A stretch of DNA of 64,000 nucleotides. Origin: an uncultured Gammaproteobacteria bacterium (GTDB lineage: Bacteria > Patescibacteriota > Patescibacteriia > XYB2-FULL-38-15). Location: the NCBI GenBank assembly GCA_965231095.1, contig OZ246416.1, forward strand, positions 741,595 through 805,594, read 5' to 3'. A program made the position numbers and the translations under genes. Of this stretch, positions 1-10,104 are shown piece after piece. Numbering within the stretch: the stretch's first letter is position 1; every line of letters starts with the position of its first letter. The notes under the pieces are model-generated. The model searched no databases and was not told the origin of the DNA. It was given only the letters and a program-made list of their open reading frames with translations.

Positions 1-653
1 CCTCTGGGGCCGGCGGAACAAATTTCGGAGTTTACGGTGACGTAACTTCCGCGGCAGGTTGGGCGGGATATTTTACCGGTGGTAATGGACTTTATGCTTC
101 AAGATTTAGCATTGCCGATACAACGAGCGCAACAGCCTACAACACGATTGGCGCTCCCGGGGCGACGCATACGGCAGCCGGAGAAATTGAAAACGCGTCA
201 GATCTTTTTATCGCTGATGATTTGGAAATCGGCGGCACTGGTTGGTCAACCGGTGGTTATACTGACTTGGCGGAAATGATTGCCTACACGGGAGTTGGCG
301 AGGCCGGCGACCTGATTGTGATTGATAAAAATAGCGACAACACGGCAAAAATTGCGACCGAGCCATACGACAAAAGTGTTTTGGGAGTAATTTCCGAAAA
401 ACCGAGTTTGGTTATTACTGGCGGAATCAAGGAAGGAAAATTGTTGGCTATAGCCGGGAGAATTCCGACCAAGGTGTCAAACATAAATGGCGCAATCTAT
501 CGCGGAGATTTATTGACAACATCTTCGCTTGCTGGTTACGCCATGAAAGCGACCGAAGCCGGACCAATTGTCGGCAAGGCATTGGGCGAGTGCAATGAAA
601 GAGAATGTAATATCTGGGTTTTCTTGAATGTTAGTTGGTACGGTGGGAATTAG
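1..653 (+). CDS. 3' end of a large surface/fibre-like protein with a C-terminal peptidase G2/intramolecular-chaperone-like domain (5' truncated)
   Basis: The frame of ORF 222..653 is open back to base 3. Motifs DLAE, VLGVISEKP, GRIPTKV, GDLLTTS, IVGKAL resemble these C-terminal domains. Confidence 0.6.
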   Translation, partial: SGAGGTNFGVYGDVTSAAGWAGYFTGGNGLYASRFSIADTTSATAYNTIGAPGATHTAAGEIENASDLFIADDLEIGGTGWSTGGYTDLAEMIAYTGVGEAGDLIVIDKNSDNTAKIATEPYDKSVLGVISEKPSLVITGGIKEGKLLAIAGRIPTKVSNINGAIYRGDLLTTSSLAGYAMKATEAGPIVGKALGECNERECNIWVFLNVSWYGGN

Positions 654-735
654 AGGTTGGAAGATAGAAGTTTGAAATTTAGAAAAATAGCTCCTCGCCC
701 AACGGCGGGGAGTTTTGTTTATGATAAGATGAGGA

Positions 736-764
736 TTGACAAAAGGCAAAAAATGTGTTATTAT
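736..764 (+). promoter_or_regulatory. sigma70-type promoter
   Basis: TTGACA (736-741), 17 nt spacer, TGnTATTAT (-10 at 759-764). Confidence 0.6.
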
Positions 765-928
765 AAACTGTAAAATTAAGGAGTGGAGATTAGGTGAAAT
801 TGGCGCTAAAATTAGCCATTTTCGGGTGATCTTCACAAAGATGTGAACAACCGTTCCGCCAACGTGCGGAACAAGGCCGCCTTCGTCCCGCGATGCGGGA
901 CTTCGGCAAGCCAAGGAGGGCTTGACAA

Positions 929-1555
929 ATGAAGAAGGGAACGACGATGATCGTGGCGCTCGGGTTCGTGTTTCTCGGCGGTTGCTACGAGAGCTACCAG
1001 CGGTACGGTACGGACATGACGCCGCTCGAGACCTGCGTGGTCGCGGTGACCACGAATGCGCTGGACGGCGCGGACGTCACGGTCGACGGTGAGCCGATCG
1101 ACGGCGAGGTGGAACTCGCGGTTGGCTCGACACACACCTTCGCCGCTTCGGCGATCGGATACTTCCCGACAAGCGTGGTTGTGGAAGTGGCCGACGAGTG
1201 TGCACCGGTCGAGATTCAGCTCCTGCCGAACCTGAACGGCTGGTACGACCTCGTGCTTGATGGCCGGAGCTACCGTCGGTTCACGATGCAGATCCGCCAA
1301 GATGAGGGGAGCGAAGACCTCGTCGCCGACATCTGGCGGGAGGGAACTCCTGCGTCGGAACATCCCTACCAGCATTTCGCCGGCGCCGTTACCTACGACA
1401 GGGATGTTCATCTCCTCTCCGAAGATTCTGCGAGGCTGGATCTTTGGGGGGTGTGGACGCCGCCACGTCTCGGTGGGATCGCTCGGATCGGGGGCGGATT
1501 CAACTACCTGTCCACTGATGAGGACGGCGACTGGCTCGCCGAGTCGCGGCCGTAG
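929..1555 (+). CDS. putative lipoprotein with PEGA-like segment (GC-rich orphan)
   Basis: AAGGAGG RBS; signal peptide with lipobox-like LGGC; GADVTVDGEPI segment; GC-rich codon usage. Confidence 0.6.
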   Translation: MKKGTTMIVALGFVFLGGCYESYQRYGTDMTPLETCVVAVTTNALDGADVTVDGEPIDGEVELAVGSTHTFAASAIGYFPTSVVVEVADECAPVEIQLLPNLNGWYDLVLDGRSYRRFTMQIRQDEGSEDLVADIWREGTPASEHPYQHFAGAVTYDRDVHLLSEDSARLDLWGVWTPPRLGGIARIGGGFNYLSTDEDGDWLAESRP

Positions 1556-1982
1556 CATCGGTCGCACTCAAACCGGCATCTGGCAGAACGTTTGCAAACA
1601 AGCAACGTCTCTGTCAGGTGCCGGACTTTTTTATTAACTGGCCAAAAATTTTGGAGCCGCAGGCGAAAAAAATTTTTCTGGCAGTTAATAACCCCGTTAG
1701 AAGTAAAGGTTATTAAAACAGATAAACAAAATAATTTTAATAAAATATTCTTTGCTCCGCCGAGAGGGTGGATTTACATAAACTTCTAATGGGGTATTTC
1801 CGCCCTCCCCTCACCCCTCCCATCAAGGGAGGGGAATTTAAATTGTGGATGAAATTTTTCTTGACTTAATTTTTATGTTATAATTACTTAATATAAATTA
1901 AATGCGGTACGGAGGAATGTGAATTAACATGCGAGTAAAATTATATGTTCGCATGCATTCGTATATTCGCATCGCATAAATT

Positions 1983-4331
1983 ATGAATACCCTCGCACAC
2001 ATCTGTGACAAATTGGTAAAAATTTGTCTTTCTCTTTTGGTTTTTGTTTTGCCGATTTTCTTTTTGCCGTGGACTTTTGAGGCGTTGGATTTTAATAAAC
2101 AAAATCTGCTTGTTGTTTTGACACTGCTCGCCGGCCTGGCTTGGCTTGGAAAAATGGTGGCTTCAAGGCAAGTTATTTTACGCCGCAGTTTTTTGAATGT
2201 CCTTATTCTGGTGTACGCGGCGATTTATACTCTTTCAACAATTTTTTCTCTGGATAAAATCAGAAGTTTTATCGGCTCTTCCGGTTTGGAAAAAGAGGGG
2301 CTTGTGACAGTTCTCTGTTTCGTAGTTTTGTATTTTGTTATCATCAACAATTTCCGCGACATGAAGGCGGTGAAAAATTTGCTTTATTCATTTCTTTTGG
2401 GCGCGGGACTTGTGACTATCTGGACATTGCTTTCTTTCTTGGGCGTCTTGCCCGCCTTGCTTGTCCCAAGCCAGGCTCTAAATTCAGTGGGTACGCTAAA
2501 CGCCCTGGGAGTTTTTCTTGCCGCCGCGTTTGTTTTGCTTTGCCCCTTGTTTTTGGGCGGTGAGGCGGAAAAGGCGGCTGGCCGTAAAAAAGCCCTGATC
2601 ATGAATATCGTGATGGCAATTTTTGCCGCGTTCATGATTTTTATTTTAGCAACAATTGATAACTGGACAGTTTGGACAATATTTATTCCGGCAGTTGCTT
2701 TGGTTTTAGCTTTTGCGATAATCCGGGCTCATGAAATAAAAAATTTGGGGTGGTTGTCTTTGCCTATGGCGGCGTTTGTCGTGGCGGTTTTATTATTTTT
2801 TATCAATACGCCAATCACTTCGCGGCTTCCGGCGGAAATCATGCCGTCTTTTTCCGCGAGTAGCGGGATTGCAAGGGATACTCTTCGCGAGTCGCCGCTT
2901 TTGGGGTCGGGGCCCAGCACTTTTGTTTTTGATTATGCAAAGTACAAACCGGCCGGCGTTAATGAAACCCAGCTTTGGGATGTAAAATTTGACCGCTCCG
3001 CTTCAAGAGTTTCAACCATGCTTACAACCACCGGGCTTTTCGGAATTATTTCATGGTTGTTCGTGGTTGTTTTTGTCGGCGTTTTGTTTGTTTCAAATTT
3101 AATCAAGGAAAAATCCGGAGTGTTGTGGCTGAATCAGTTGGCGGTTGGGTCAGCGTGGTTTGCCCTGCTCCTTGGAAAATTTCTCTATTCTTCAAATTTG
3201 ACTTTGGAATTTTCTTTTTGGATCTTGACGGCGATTTTGGTGGTAATGACTTCGCATAAATTCTGGGAAATTTCTTTGGGGAGCGCGCCTCGCGTTTCCT
3301 TGATCTTGTCTTTTATTTTGGCAATGGGTTTGATTATCGCGGCTTCATCTTTTTATCTTATTGGCGAACGATACGCGGCTGACGCGAAGTTTGTCCAGGC
3401 GATAAACTCTTTCAATAAAGGAGAAGAATTAAGCAAGGCGACAGAACTTTTGAATCAAGCGGCGTTGTTGAATCAACGCAACGATGTTTATCTCAGAAAT
3501 TTGGCGCAAAGTTTACAGGCGGAAATTAGTCAAGAATTGTCTTCGGAGGCAACAGAGGAAAATGTGAAAAAAATTCAGGATCTGGTGGCGGCGGATATTA
3601 ATGTAGCCAAGCGCGCGACAGAAATTTCTCCAAAAAATTCCGCCAACTGGGCGGCTCTGGCATCAATTTACCAAACGGTTATGCCGATTATTTCCGGAGC
3701 GGACGAGTGGGCGATAGCTTCCTGGCAGAAGGCAATTGAGCTTGAACCGACGAGTCCTTATCTCTATGCCGAGCTGGGAAAAACGTACGCCGCTCTCGCC
3801 GATTTGCTCGCGCCGAATCTCCAATCAAAAGATGATAAAGTTAAAGCCGAGGCCGAAACAAAAATTAAAGAAAATTTAGCCAAAGCCGAAGAGCAACTCA
3901 ACAAGGCGATTGAAACAAAGACTGATTACGCGCCGGCTCATTTTGAACTGGCCATGGTCTATAGCCGGCAGGGGAAGATAGAGGAGGCGATTAAAAAACT
4001 TGAGGCGATCAAAGCTGATCTGCCGAGCGACATTGGCGTGGCGTTTCAGCTCGGACTTCTCTACGCGCAGAATAAAGAATTGAATAAAGCCGTTGCCGAA
4101 CTAGAACGAGCCGTGGAGCTTGCGCCGGCTTTTGCCAACGCTCGTTGGTATTTGGCCGCGATTTACGAAGAGCAGGGCAAGAAAGATTTAGCACTCAGAG
4201 AGCTGGAAGAAATTTTAAAGACCAATCCGGATAACGAAATTGTAAAACAAAAAATTGACGCTCTGAAAAATCCGCCGGCTCCCGGCGCGGCATTGCCGGA
4301 ACCAATTTCTGAAGCAACGCCGGCCGAGTAG
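1983..4331 (+). CDS. O-antigen-ligase-like multi-TM protein with C-terminal TPR repeats
   Basis: About 12 TM segments, PLLGSGPSTF motif, TPR-like helices (WQKAIELEP, ERAVELAP). Confidence 0.75.
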   Translation: MNTLAHICDKLVKICLSLLVFVLPIFFLPWTFEALDFNKQNLLVVLTLLAGLAWLGKMVASRQVILRRSFLNVLILVYAAIYTLSTIFSLDKIRSFIGSSGLEKEGLVTVLCFVVLYFVIINNFRDMKAVKNLLYSFLLGAGLVTIWTLLSFLGVLPALLVPSQALNSVGTLNALGVFLAAAFVLLCPLFLGGEAEKAAGRKKALIMNIVMAIFAAFMIFILATIDNWTVWTIFIPAVALVLAFAIIRAHEIKNLGWLSLPMAAFVVAVLLFFINTPITSRLPAEIMPSFSASSGIARDTLRESPLLGSGPSTFVFDYAKYKPAGVNETQLWDVKFDRSASRVSTMLTTTGLFGIISWLFVVVFVGVLFVSNLIKEKSGVLWLNQLAVGSAWFALLLGKFLYSSNLTLEFSFWILTAILVVMTSHKFWEISLGSAPRVSLILSFILAMGLIIAASSFYLIGERYAADAKFVQAINSFNKGEELSKATELLNQAALLNQRNDVYLRNLAQSLQAEISQELSSEATEENVKKIQDLVAADINVAKRATEISPKNSANWAALASIYQTVMPIISGADEWAIASWQKAIELEPTSPYLYAELGKTYAALADLLAPNLQSKDDKVKAEAETKIKENLAKAEEQLNKAIETKTDYAPAHFELAMVYSRQGKIEEAIKKLEAIKADLPSDIGVAFQLGLLYAQNKELNKAVAELERAVELAPAFANARWYLAAIYEEQGKKDLALRELEEILKTNPDNEIVKQKIDALKNPPAPGAALPEPISEATPAE

Positions 4332-4405
4332 GAGTTGAGAGGTGATTGACAATTTTGGGGGTTAAATGTAATCTAGAAAAACCTCCTGCCAGGATTTTTG
4401 GACCT

Positions 4406-4476
4406 GGGCCTATAGTATAGTAGTAAAACGCCTCCATGGCATGGAGGAGTCGAGGGTGCGATTCCCTCTAGGTCCA
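4406..4476 (+). tRNA. tRNA-Ala(GGC)
   Basis: Acceptor GGGCCTA/TAGGTCC with G3:U70; anticodon arm CCTCC-ATGGCAT-GGAGG; T-arm variant GTGCGATTC. Confidence 0.9.
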
Positions 4477-4529
4477 TAGATTCCGGCGGGAGGTTTTTAA
4501 ATTGGTGCTGACAACTAATAACTAAAATT

Positions 4530-5624
4530 ATGTCTTTCAAGGTCGGGATTGTTGGTTTACCAAATGTTGGGAAGTCAACCCTTTTTAAAGCGTTGACTCG
4601 TAAGCAGGTGGACATTGCCAATTATCCCTTTTGTACGATTGAACCAAATGTCGGGACGGTCGCCGTGCCTGATTTTCGTTTACAAAAATTGAATGATTTT
4701 TATAATTCAGCAAAAATCGTCCCGACCGTGATTGAATTTGTGGACATTGCCGGTTTGGTAAAGGGAGCGCACGAAGGTCAGGGTTTGGGAAATAAATTCT
4801 TGTCGCATATTAGGGAAGTTGATGCCGTCTGCCAGGTGATTCGGGCATTTGAAGATCCAAATGTAATTCACGTGGACGGAAAAATTAATCCCGTTTCTGA
4901 TTTGGAAGTTATAAATTTGGAATTAATTTTTGCCGACGAAGATTCAGTGAAAAAACGGTTGGCGAGTCTAGAGAGCGAGCTTAAGAGCGGAAAAGAAAAA
5001 AATCTTTTAAAAACCAAAGAGACGCTTTTAAAAATTAAAGATGGTTTGGAAAAGGGAGTAATGGCTGCGGGGCTGGGGCTTGATTCGGAAGAAAAGTTTT
5101 TAGTGAAAGAATTGAATTTGTTATCTTTGAAGCCGGCGCTTTATGTATTAAATGTGGCCGAGGAGGATACCAAGGCGGATAAAAATGAAATTATAAAAAA
5201 ATTTAATTTGCCGCTTGATTCGGAAAAAGTAATTTTGGTGTCGGCGAAAATTGAAGCGGAGCTGGCCGAGCTTCCGCCCGAAGAGGCAAAAAATTATTTA
5301 AAGGAATTGGGGTTGGAAGAGTCGGGTTTAGATAAACTGATTCGGGCAAGTTATCATGAATTAAATTTGATTACATTTTTTACCGCCGGACCGAAGGAAG
5401 CCCATGCCTGGACGATTGTCCGGGGAACCTCGGCGCCGCAGGCCGCCGGGAAAATTCATTCTGATTTTGAACGGGGATTTATCGCGGCGGAAGTTATTAA
5501 TTGGAAAGATTTATTGGATGCCGGTGGCGATGTCGGCGCGAAAGAAAAGGGGCTGATTAGGTTAGAGGGGAAAGAGTATGTGATGAAAGATGGGGAGGTG
5601 GTGGAATTTAGATTCAATGTATAA
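4530..5624 (+). CDS. ychF: redox-regulated ATPase YchF
   Basis: GIVGLPNVGKST, NYPFCTIEPN, DIAGLVKGA, C-terminal TGS domain. Confidence 0.97.
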   Translation: MSFKVGIVGLPNVGKSTLFKALTRKQVDIANYPFCTIEPNVGTVAVPDFRLQKLNDFYNSAKIVPTVIEFVDIAGLVKGAHEGQGLGNKFLSHIREVDAVCQVIRAFEDPNVIHVDGKINPVSDLEVINLELIFADEDSVKKRLASLESELKSGKEKNLLKTKETLLKIKDGLEKGVMAAGLGLDSEEKFLVKELNLLSLKPALYVLNVAEEDTKADKNEIIKKFNLPLDSEKVILVSAKIEAELAELPPEEAKNYLKELGLEESGLDKLIRASYHELNLITFFTAGPKEAHAWTIVRGTSAPQAAGKIHSDFERGFIAAEVINWKDLLDAGGDVGAKEKGLIRLEGKEYVMKDGEVVEFRFNV

Positions 5625-5625
5625 T

Positions 5626-5659
5626 AAAAAAATCTCCTCGTTTGACGAAGAGATTTTTT
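5626..5659. terminator. bidirectional intrinsic terminator
   Basis: AAAAAATCTC...GAGATTTTTT hairpin between convergent genes. Confidence 0.65.
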
Positions 5660-5667
5660 AGTAAAAT

Positions 5668-6897
5668 TTATTTTTGAGTGAAAATTAGTATTTCTCTAAA
5701 AACTTTTTGGTCGGGGCGGAAGTAAAGAATGGAATTGCGCGGAGTGGTTTCTAAAAATGGGTATTTTTTAAATTCTTCGGGTAGTGGGTCGGCAACGGTA
5801 AAGCCGATTTTTTTTATTTCATCAATAATAGGTAAAAAGAAATCCTGCTTTTCTGTATGGAAAACCGGGAAGAGCATAACGATTTTGCCGGCAGGTTTAA
5901 GAATTTTTTTAAATTCCCGGAAAGCGGCAAGATATAATTCCGAAAGTTCTTTGATAATTTGTTGAATTTTTTCCGGCGGCTCGTTACCGTGAAGAGGCGG
6001 GCCCAAGTACGGCTCGGTGACAATGGCATCAACTGATTGTGGTGGAAGCTTTTTGGATAATTCCCGAACATCCGTTTCGATTAACTGATAACCGTCGGCA
6101 GATAACTGATAACTATTTTTTAGCCATTCCAAGTTTTCTTTTGCTCCGGCTAAAGTTTCAGCGTTAATATCCGAACCGATTAAATTTTCATAGCCCCAAA
6201 GTAGAGCTTCTTCCAAAATTGTTCCAAAACCGCAAAAGGGATCGATGATAGCGGAATCTTTTTTAACTTGCGCAAAATTTAACATTGTTTTAGCGAGTTT
6301 GGGCGGCATTAAGCCAACGCGCATGCTTCGAGCCGGCCGGCCGTAGTCGCGGAAACTCAAATCTTCAAATTCTTGGACAGCCAAGGTTTTGCCAAAATAA
6401 ATTTTTTCTTTTCCAATTAAAAAAACCAATTCAGCGCCGGCCTCAGTCAGTAATTTATTTTTTTTCACCACCACGGAACTTAAATTATCTTCTCTTGAAG
6501 TCACCCACCTGGCTTGAATTTTTATGCCCTTAAGCAAATTTTTGATTTCCATCGCCTGATTTTTTATTTTCTGACTTTCTTTTTTAAGATGCGCGGTGGA
6601 AACAGATTCTTCCAATTTGTAAAAACTAAAACCAAAATAGATTTTTTTAGCTGGAGAGTTTTTCAAAATTTCGGCGATATCTTCCGCGGAGATATCGGGC
6701 GATTCTTCTAGAATTTTCCCAAACTTTAGCGTGCCGCCGAGGCGGGACATAATTTCTTCGGCCGGAAGTTCATTTTTAACGTCAACCACGGCGGCTTGGG
6801 CTGTGAGGTGTAAAAATTTTGCTTGGTTGCCTAAAACCGCGCCGAGCTCGGCGCCCGATAAAGTTGGATTTCTGCCTAAAATAAAGAAGTATTTCAT
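5668..6897 (-). CDS. Trm11/TrmG10-like SAM-dependent RNA methyltransferase
   Basis: DPFCGFGT motif I, PPKLAK, IVTEPYLGP; likely start MKYFFILG at 6897. Confidence 0.75.
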   Translation of the reverse strand: MKYFFILGRNPTLSGAELGAVLGNQAKFLHLTAQAAVVDVKNELPAEEIMSRLGGTLKFGKILEESPDISAEDIAEILKNSPAKKIYFGFSFYKLEESVSTAHLKKESQKIKNQAMEIKNLLKGIKIQARWVTSREDNLSSVVVKKNKLLTEAGAELVFLIGKEKIYFGKTLAVQEFEDLSFRDYGRPARSMRVGLMPPKLAKTMLNFAQVKKDSAIIDPFCGFGTILEEALLWGYENLIGSDINAETLAGAKENLEWLKNSYQLSADGYQLIETDVRELSKKLPPQSVDAIVTEPYLGPPLHGNEPPEKIQQIIKELSELYLAAFREFKKILKPAGKIVMLFPVFHTEKQDFFLPIIDEIKKIGFTVADPLPEEFKKYPFLETTPRNSILYFRPDQKVFREILIFTQK

Positions 6898-7065
6898 ATT
6901 GCCAATAATTGTTAATTTTCGCGAATGGCGCGAATTTGATTTTATTGTATTATACCATTTATGGGGCATCTTGCGTAATTTTTGAGGTTATGATAAAGTT
7001 GTAGAAACTAATTTTAGATCTCCGCGTAAAATCTGCGTTTAGATCTGCTTACATTATATATTAAT

Positions 7066-7509
7066 ATGAAACACTACGAATTATTGTACATCCTCCCCGG
7101 AAAATACACCGAGGAAGAGATGGAGGGCATCAGCGTAAAAATCAATGAATTAGTAAAAAAGCACGGCGGGGAAATTACCTCATCCGATAATTTAGGTTCA
7201 AAAAAATTGGCCTATCCTATTGGTGACGCCCAGGTAGGAAATTATTTAGTTGTGGAATTTAACAACGAGCCGGAAAATATCAAAAAACTCGGAGGGGAAT
7301 TAAAGTTAACTCCCGAAGTTTTGCGATTTGCCATTGTTTTTAAAAAGTTAAAAACCCAAGAAGAGATAGAGGCGGAAAAAGTTAGAAAAGAAAAAATGGC
7401 GGCCAGAGATTTAAAAAAGGAAGAGGAAAAAACAGAGTCGGCGCCAAAAGTCAGTTTAGAAGAATTGGATAAGAAGCTCGGAGAAATTCTTGAAGGAGAT
7501 ATTATTTAA
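7066..7509 (+). CDS. rpsF: 30S ribosomal protein S6
   Basis: MKHYELLYIL...LGSKKLAYPI; rpsF-ssb-rpsR synteny. Confidence 0.95.
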   Translation: MKHYELLYILPGKYTEEEMEGISVKINELVKKHGGEITSSDNLGSKKLAYPIGDAQVGNYLVVEFNNEPENIKKLGGELKLTPEVLRFAIVFKKLKTQEEIEAEKVRKEKMAARDLKKEEEKTESAPKVSLEELDKKLGEILEGDII

Positions 7510-7536
7510 AACAACTAACAGCTAACGTTTAACCTT

Positions 7537-7989
7537 ATGAATTTAAATAAAGCGATGATTATCGGAAACGTCACTCGCGACCCGGAGGTTAAAACAACTC
7601 CTTCCGGTCAGAGCGTAACTTCTTTTTCCGTGGCGACCAACCGTGTTTGGACAAACGCCCAAGGACAAAAACAAGAGGCGGTAGAATATCATAATATCGT
7701 CGCCTGGGGAAAGTTGGCGGAAATTTGCGGGCAGTATTTAAATAAAGGTAAAAAGATTTACGTTGAAGGGCGGCTTCAGACACGGGATTGGCAGGGGCAA
7801 GACGGGGTGAAAAGATATAAAACCGAAATTGTCGCCGAGAATATGATTATGTTGGACCGCGGCGGCGCCGCGGGGGGCGCGGGAGGCGGCGAGCGGGTAA
7901 CGTCTGCGGCAAGCCAACCGGCGGAAGAGCAGGGTCCGGCCGAAGAACCGCAAGAAGAAGAAATTAAAGTTGAAAATATTCCTTTTTAA
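7537..7989 (+). CDS. ssb: single-stranded DNA-binding protein
   Basis: NKAMIIGNVTRDPE OB-fold start; acidic tail ending IPF. Confidence 0.97.
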   Translation: MNLNKAMIIGNVTRDPEVKTTPSGQSVTSFSVATNRVWTNAQGQKQEAVEYHNIVAWGKLAEICGQYLNKGKKIYVEGRLQTRDWQGQDGVKRYKTEIVAENMIMLDRGGAAGGAGGGERVTSAASQPAEEQGPAEEPQEEEIKVENIPF

Positions 7990-8039
7990 TTTTGCAAAGA
8001 CGCAAGGAGCCGCAGAAATAAAAAACGCGGCGTAAAATT

Positions 8040-8306
8040 GTGTCAAAGAATAAAAAAATAATAACTATGATGAGACGTCAAAATACAAGCGCAACAGCTG
8101 CCACAAAGAAGGCCTGCTATTTCTGCGCCACAAATGTTAAGGAGATTGATTTTAAAGATGAAACAACTCTCAAAAAATTTATTTCATCTTACGGAAAAAT
8201 TGTTCCGCGCCGAAGAAGCGGGGTTTGCTCCAAGCATCAGCGCAAATTGGCCCTGGCGATAAAACGCGCGAGAATTCTCGGGATTTTACCTTTCACAAAT
8301 AAGTAA
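8040..8306 (+). CDS. rpsR: 30S ribosomal protein S18
   Basis: CYFC...IDFKD...GKIVPRRRSGVCSKHQRKLALAIKRAR; start may be the ATG at 8067. Confidence 0.95.
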   Translation: MSKNKKIITMMRRQNTSATAATKKACYFCATNVKEIDFKDETTLKKFISSYGKIVPRRRSGVCSKHQRKLALAIKRARILGILPFTNK

Positions 8307-8381
8307 TATGGCAAAGAGATAAAATCCACTCTTTAAAACCGGAGTGGATTTTGTAATGAGTTAAGCGAAAAAAGAAATTTT

Positions 8382-9455
8382 ATGGCGCCTAATTGGATGA
8401 TGCTAAAAAAAGAAAAAGCGCGGCAAGAAAAATTTTTTATAAGAGCAAAGATCCTTTCATTGATCAGGGATTTTTTCAAAAAAGAAAATTTTTTGGAAGT
8501 GGAGACACCAAGCCTTGTAAAACTTCCGGGAATGGAGCCGCATCTTGACCCGCTGAAGGTTTTTGCGCCGGCCTCGGGCGGCCGAGAGGAGGGTTACCTC
8601 ATAACTTCGCCGGAATACGCCATGAAAAAAATTTTGGCGGCGGGGTTTAAAAATATTTTTCAGATTTGTAAAAGTTTTCGCGGAGGGGAGGCGGCGGATA
8701 AATTACATAATCCAGAATTCACGATTTTAGAGTGGTACCGAGCGCGCGCTGATTACGAGGATATAATGTATGACGTGGAAAATTTATTTAAACACATAGC
8801 CATCAATTTAAATTTAAACGAACGTGCAAATTCAAAATTCAAAATTCAAAATTCAAAATTACAGATCAAATATCAAAATCAAAAAATAGATTTAACGCCG
8901 CCCTGGCCGAGATTGACAGTGAAGGCCGCATTCAAAAAATATGCTAAAATAGATTTAGATAAAGCGCTGACTCGCGAATCAATGGCGCAAGCGGCAAAAG
9001 AGAAGGGTTATGATGTTTTTGGAGATGATAGTTTTGATGATATTTTCTTTAAAATATTTTTGAGTGAAATCGAAGCCCGTTTGGGCCGGGGAAAGCCGAC
9101 AATCCTTTATGACTGGCCCGCGCGGATGGCGGCGTTAGCTCGTCTTAAAAAGAACGATCCGCGGTATGCCGAAAGATTTGAAGTTTATATTGGCGGGCTG
9201 GAATTGGGGAACGCCTTTTCGGAATTGGTGGATTCGGCCGAACAGCGGGGGAGGCTGGTCGCGGAAAGAAATTTAAGGAAAAATTTGGGAAAAGAAATTT
9301 ATGATATTGATGAGGATTTTTTGAGGGCGCTTCAAGATGTCCCTCCCTCCGGCGGAATAGCTATGGGAATTGATCGAATTGTGATGTTATTTACCGACGC
9401 GAAAAGCATTGATGAAATTTTATTTTTTCCAGCTAAGGAAATTTTCAAATCTTAA
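8382..9455 (+). CDS. epmA: EF-P lysine aminoacylase EpmA (GenX)
   Basis: LysRS-like catalytic domain lacking the anticodon domain: TSPEYAMKK, HNPEFTILEWY, GIAMGIDR; adjacent to efp. Confidence 0.9.
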   Translation: MAPNWMMLKKEKARQEKFFIRAKILSLIRDFFKKENFLEVETPSLVKLPGMEPHLDPLKVFAPASGGREEGYLITSPEYAMKKILAAGFKNIFQICKSFRGGEAADKLHNPEFTILEWYRARADYEDIMYDVENLFKHIAINLNLNERANSKFKIQNSKLQIKYQNQKIDLTPPWPRLTVKAAFKKYAKIDLDKALTRESMAQAAKEKGYDVFGDDSFDDIFFKIFLSEIEARLGRGKPTILYDWPARMAALARLKKNDPRYAERFEVYIGGLELGNAFSELVDSAEQRGRLVAERNLRKNLGKEIYDIDEDFLRALQDVPPSGGIAMGIDRIVMLFTDAKSIDEILFFPAKEIFKS

Positions 9456-9485
9456 ATCTAAAATCTTAAATCTAAAATTAAATTT

Positions 9486-10052
9486 ATGGCTTCAACGCAA
9501 GACATTAAAAGAGGCGTGGTAATTTTATGGAAAAATGATCCGCATCTGGTAACGGAATTTGAACATATTATGCCGGGCAAGGGCTCTGCTTTTGTGCGGA
9601 CAAAATTAAAAAATTTAAAAACGGGAAAAGTTTTAGAAAACACCTTTAAGGTTGGTGAAAAAATTGACTTGGTTGATTTGGAAAAAAGAAAAGTCCAATA
9701 TCTTTACGCGAGTGGGGATAAGTTCGCTTTTATGGATAATAATACTTATGAGCAATTTGAATTGGGCGTTGAGGTTTTGGCGGGGTTTGAAAAATATTTG
9801 AAAGAAGGGTTGGAAATTGTTTTACTTTTTTCCGATGGAACGCCGATTACCTGTGAATTTCCCAAAAAGATTTCTTATAAAGTCACCGAGGCCGATCCGG
9901 GCGTGAAGGGTGACACGGCTTCCGGACGGGTGACAAAAGAAGTTACCATGGAAACCGGTTTAAAAATTCGCGCGCCGCTTTTTATCAAAGAAGGGGATAT
10001 GGTTGTGGTCAATACTGAAACCGGTGATTACGCGGAAAGGGGAGGAGAATAA
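9486..10052 (+). CDS. efp: elongation factor P
   Basis: PGKGSAFVR loop, PGVKGDT, PLFIKEGD. Confidence 0.95.
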   Translation: MASTQDIKRGVVILWKNDPHLVTEFEHIMPGKGSAFVRTKLKNLKTGKVLENTFKVGEKIDLVDLEKRKVQYLYASGDKFAFMDNNTYEQFELGVEVLAGFEKYLKEGLEIVLLFSDGTPITCEFPKKISYKVTEADPGVKGDTASGRVTKEVTMETGLKIRAPLFIKEGDMVVVNTETGDYAERGGE

Positions 10053-10066
10053 AAATTGGAAAATTA

Positions 10067-10093
10067 AAAAACCCGCCGATGAGGCGGGTTTTT
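10067..10093. terminator. bidirectional terminator between efp and recA
   Basis: AAAAACCCGCC-GATGA-GGCGGGTTTTT. Confidence 0.75.
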
Positions 10094-10104
10094 GTTTTTG
10101 ATGT

